From contig BTVI01000010.1 in assembly GCA_045862955.1 (NCBI GenBank), positions 1-64,000 on the forward strand: a DNA stretch of 64,000 nucleotides, in the 5' to 3' direction. This stretch comes from Fimbriimonadales bacterium (GTDB taxonomy: Bacteria; Armatimonadota; Fimbriimonadia; Fimbriimonadales; JABRVX01). The position numbers were made by a program, and so were the translations under genes. The first letter of the stretch is position 1, and every line of letters begins with the position of its first letter. Shown in pieces: positions 63,598 to 64,000 of the stretch. The notes beneath the pieces were generated by a model. That model was given only the letters and a program-made list of their open reading frames with translations. It was not told the DNA's origin and did not search any database.

Positions 63598-64000
63598 ATG
63601 GTGGCCGTGACATCGCGATTCGGGAGCATCGAGTATCAGGAGGAAGACGTGCTGACCTTCGCCGAAGGGCCGTACGGCTTCCCTGACCTCCGGCGCTTCG
63701 TGATCCTAGAGCACAAGCCGGGTAGTCCGTTCCGGTGGCTACAGTCGCTGGACGAGCCCGGGATCGCGTTCCTGATCATCAGTCCGACCCAGCTGTTTCC
63801 CGACTACGCACCGAGCATCTCGGAAGAGAGTGCAAAGTCCATATCGCTAACGGCTTCGGACCCGGTCCTCGTTAACGTAGTTGTCACAATTCCGCAAGGG
63901 AACCCCGAAGCCATGACCGCAAATCTAGCGGGTCCAATCATAATCAACCCGAAGACCCGCGAGGCACGCCAGATCATCGTGGAAGAAGGGCAGTACGGCA
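63598..64000 (+). CDS. fliW: Flagellar assembly factor FliW (truncated by window end; absent from ORF track)
   Basis: MVAVTSRFGSIEYQEEDVLTFAEGPYGFPDLRRF...PFRWLQSLDEPGIAF...MTANLAGPIIINP. Confidence 0.9.
   Translation, partial: MVAVTSRFGSIEYQEEDVLTFAEGPYGFPDLRRFVILEHKPGSPFRWLQSLDEPGIAFLIISPTQLFPDYAPSISEESAKSISLTASDPVLVNVVVTIPQGNPEAMTANLAGPIIINPKTREARQIIVEEGQYG

Noticed and set aside
1..64000. Prophage, IS, integrase, defence system, rRNA or tRNA genes
   Set aside because: None recognised; the phage-tail-like motif occurs only inside pilin-cassette proteins

Overview
GC-rich bacterial chromosome segment from a diderm, flagellated organism. The protein style and gene set suggest Armatimonadota (Fimbriimonadia-like); this is inference only. 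Almost everything is on the + strand. (1) 387-26773 is a type IV filament (T4P/T2SS-like) locus: prepilin peptidase, one pilin-like gene, three very large minor-pilin-like proteins (637, 651 and 910 aa) in PilV/PilW/PilX order, two giant secreted beta-propeller proteins (1524 and ~2100 aa), pilM-N-O-P, a stand-alone secretin N-domain protein with a Gly/Tyr/Phe-rich tail, and a secretin. (2) 26840-39666 is a tightly packed housekeeping run: aroK, aroB, a PASTA Ser/Thr kinase lacking its catalytic Asp, rpe, the riboflavin genes, an HtrA protease, an AAA-R3H protein, tmk, darA and holB (which has no canonical start codon). (3) A ROK regulator is divergent from an ECF sigma / zinc anti-sigma / RseB-like / DegP operon. 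(4) A thioester alpha-2-macroglobulin is coupled to a VanW protein, followed by glmS and a DUF362 gene. (5) The flagellar genes are flgF-flgG-flgA-flgH-flgI-flgJ-flgN-flgK-flgL-fliW; FlgA carries an N-terminal FlgG-like domain and FlgH has no lipobox. I saw no rRNA, tRNA, CRISPR array or transposase. All calls come from reading motifs by eye, without database searches.
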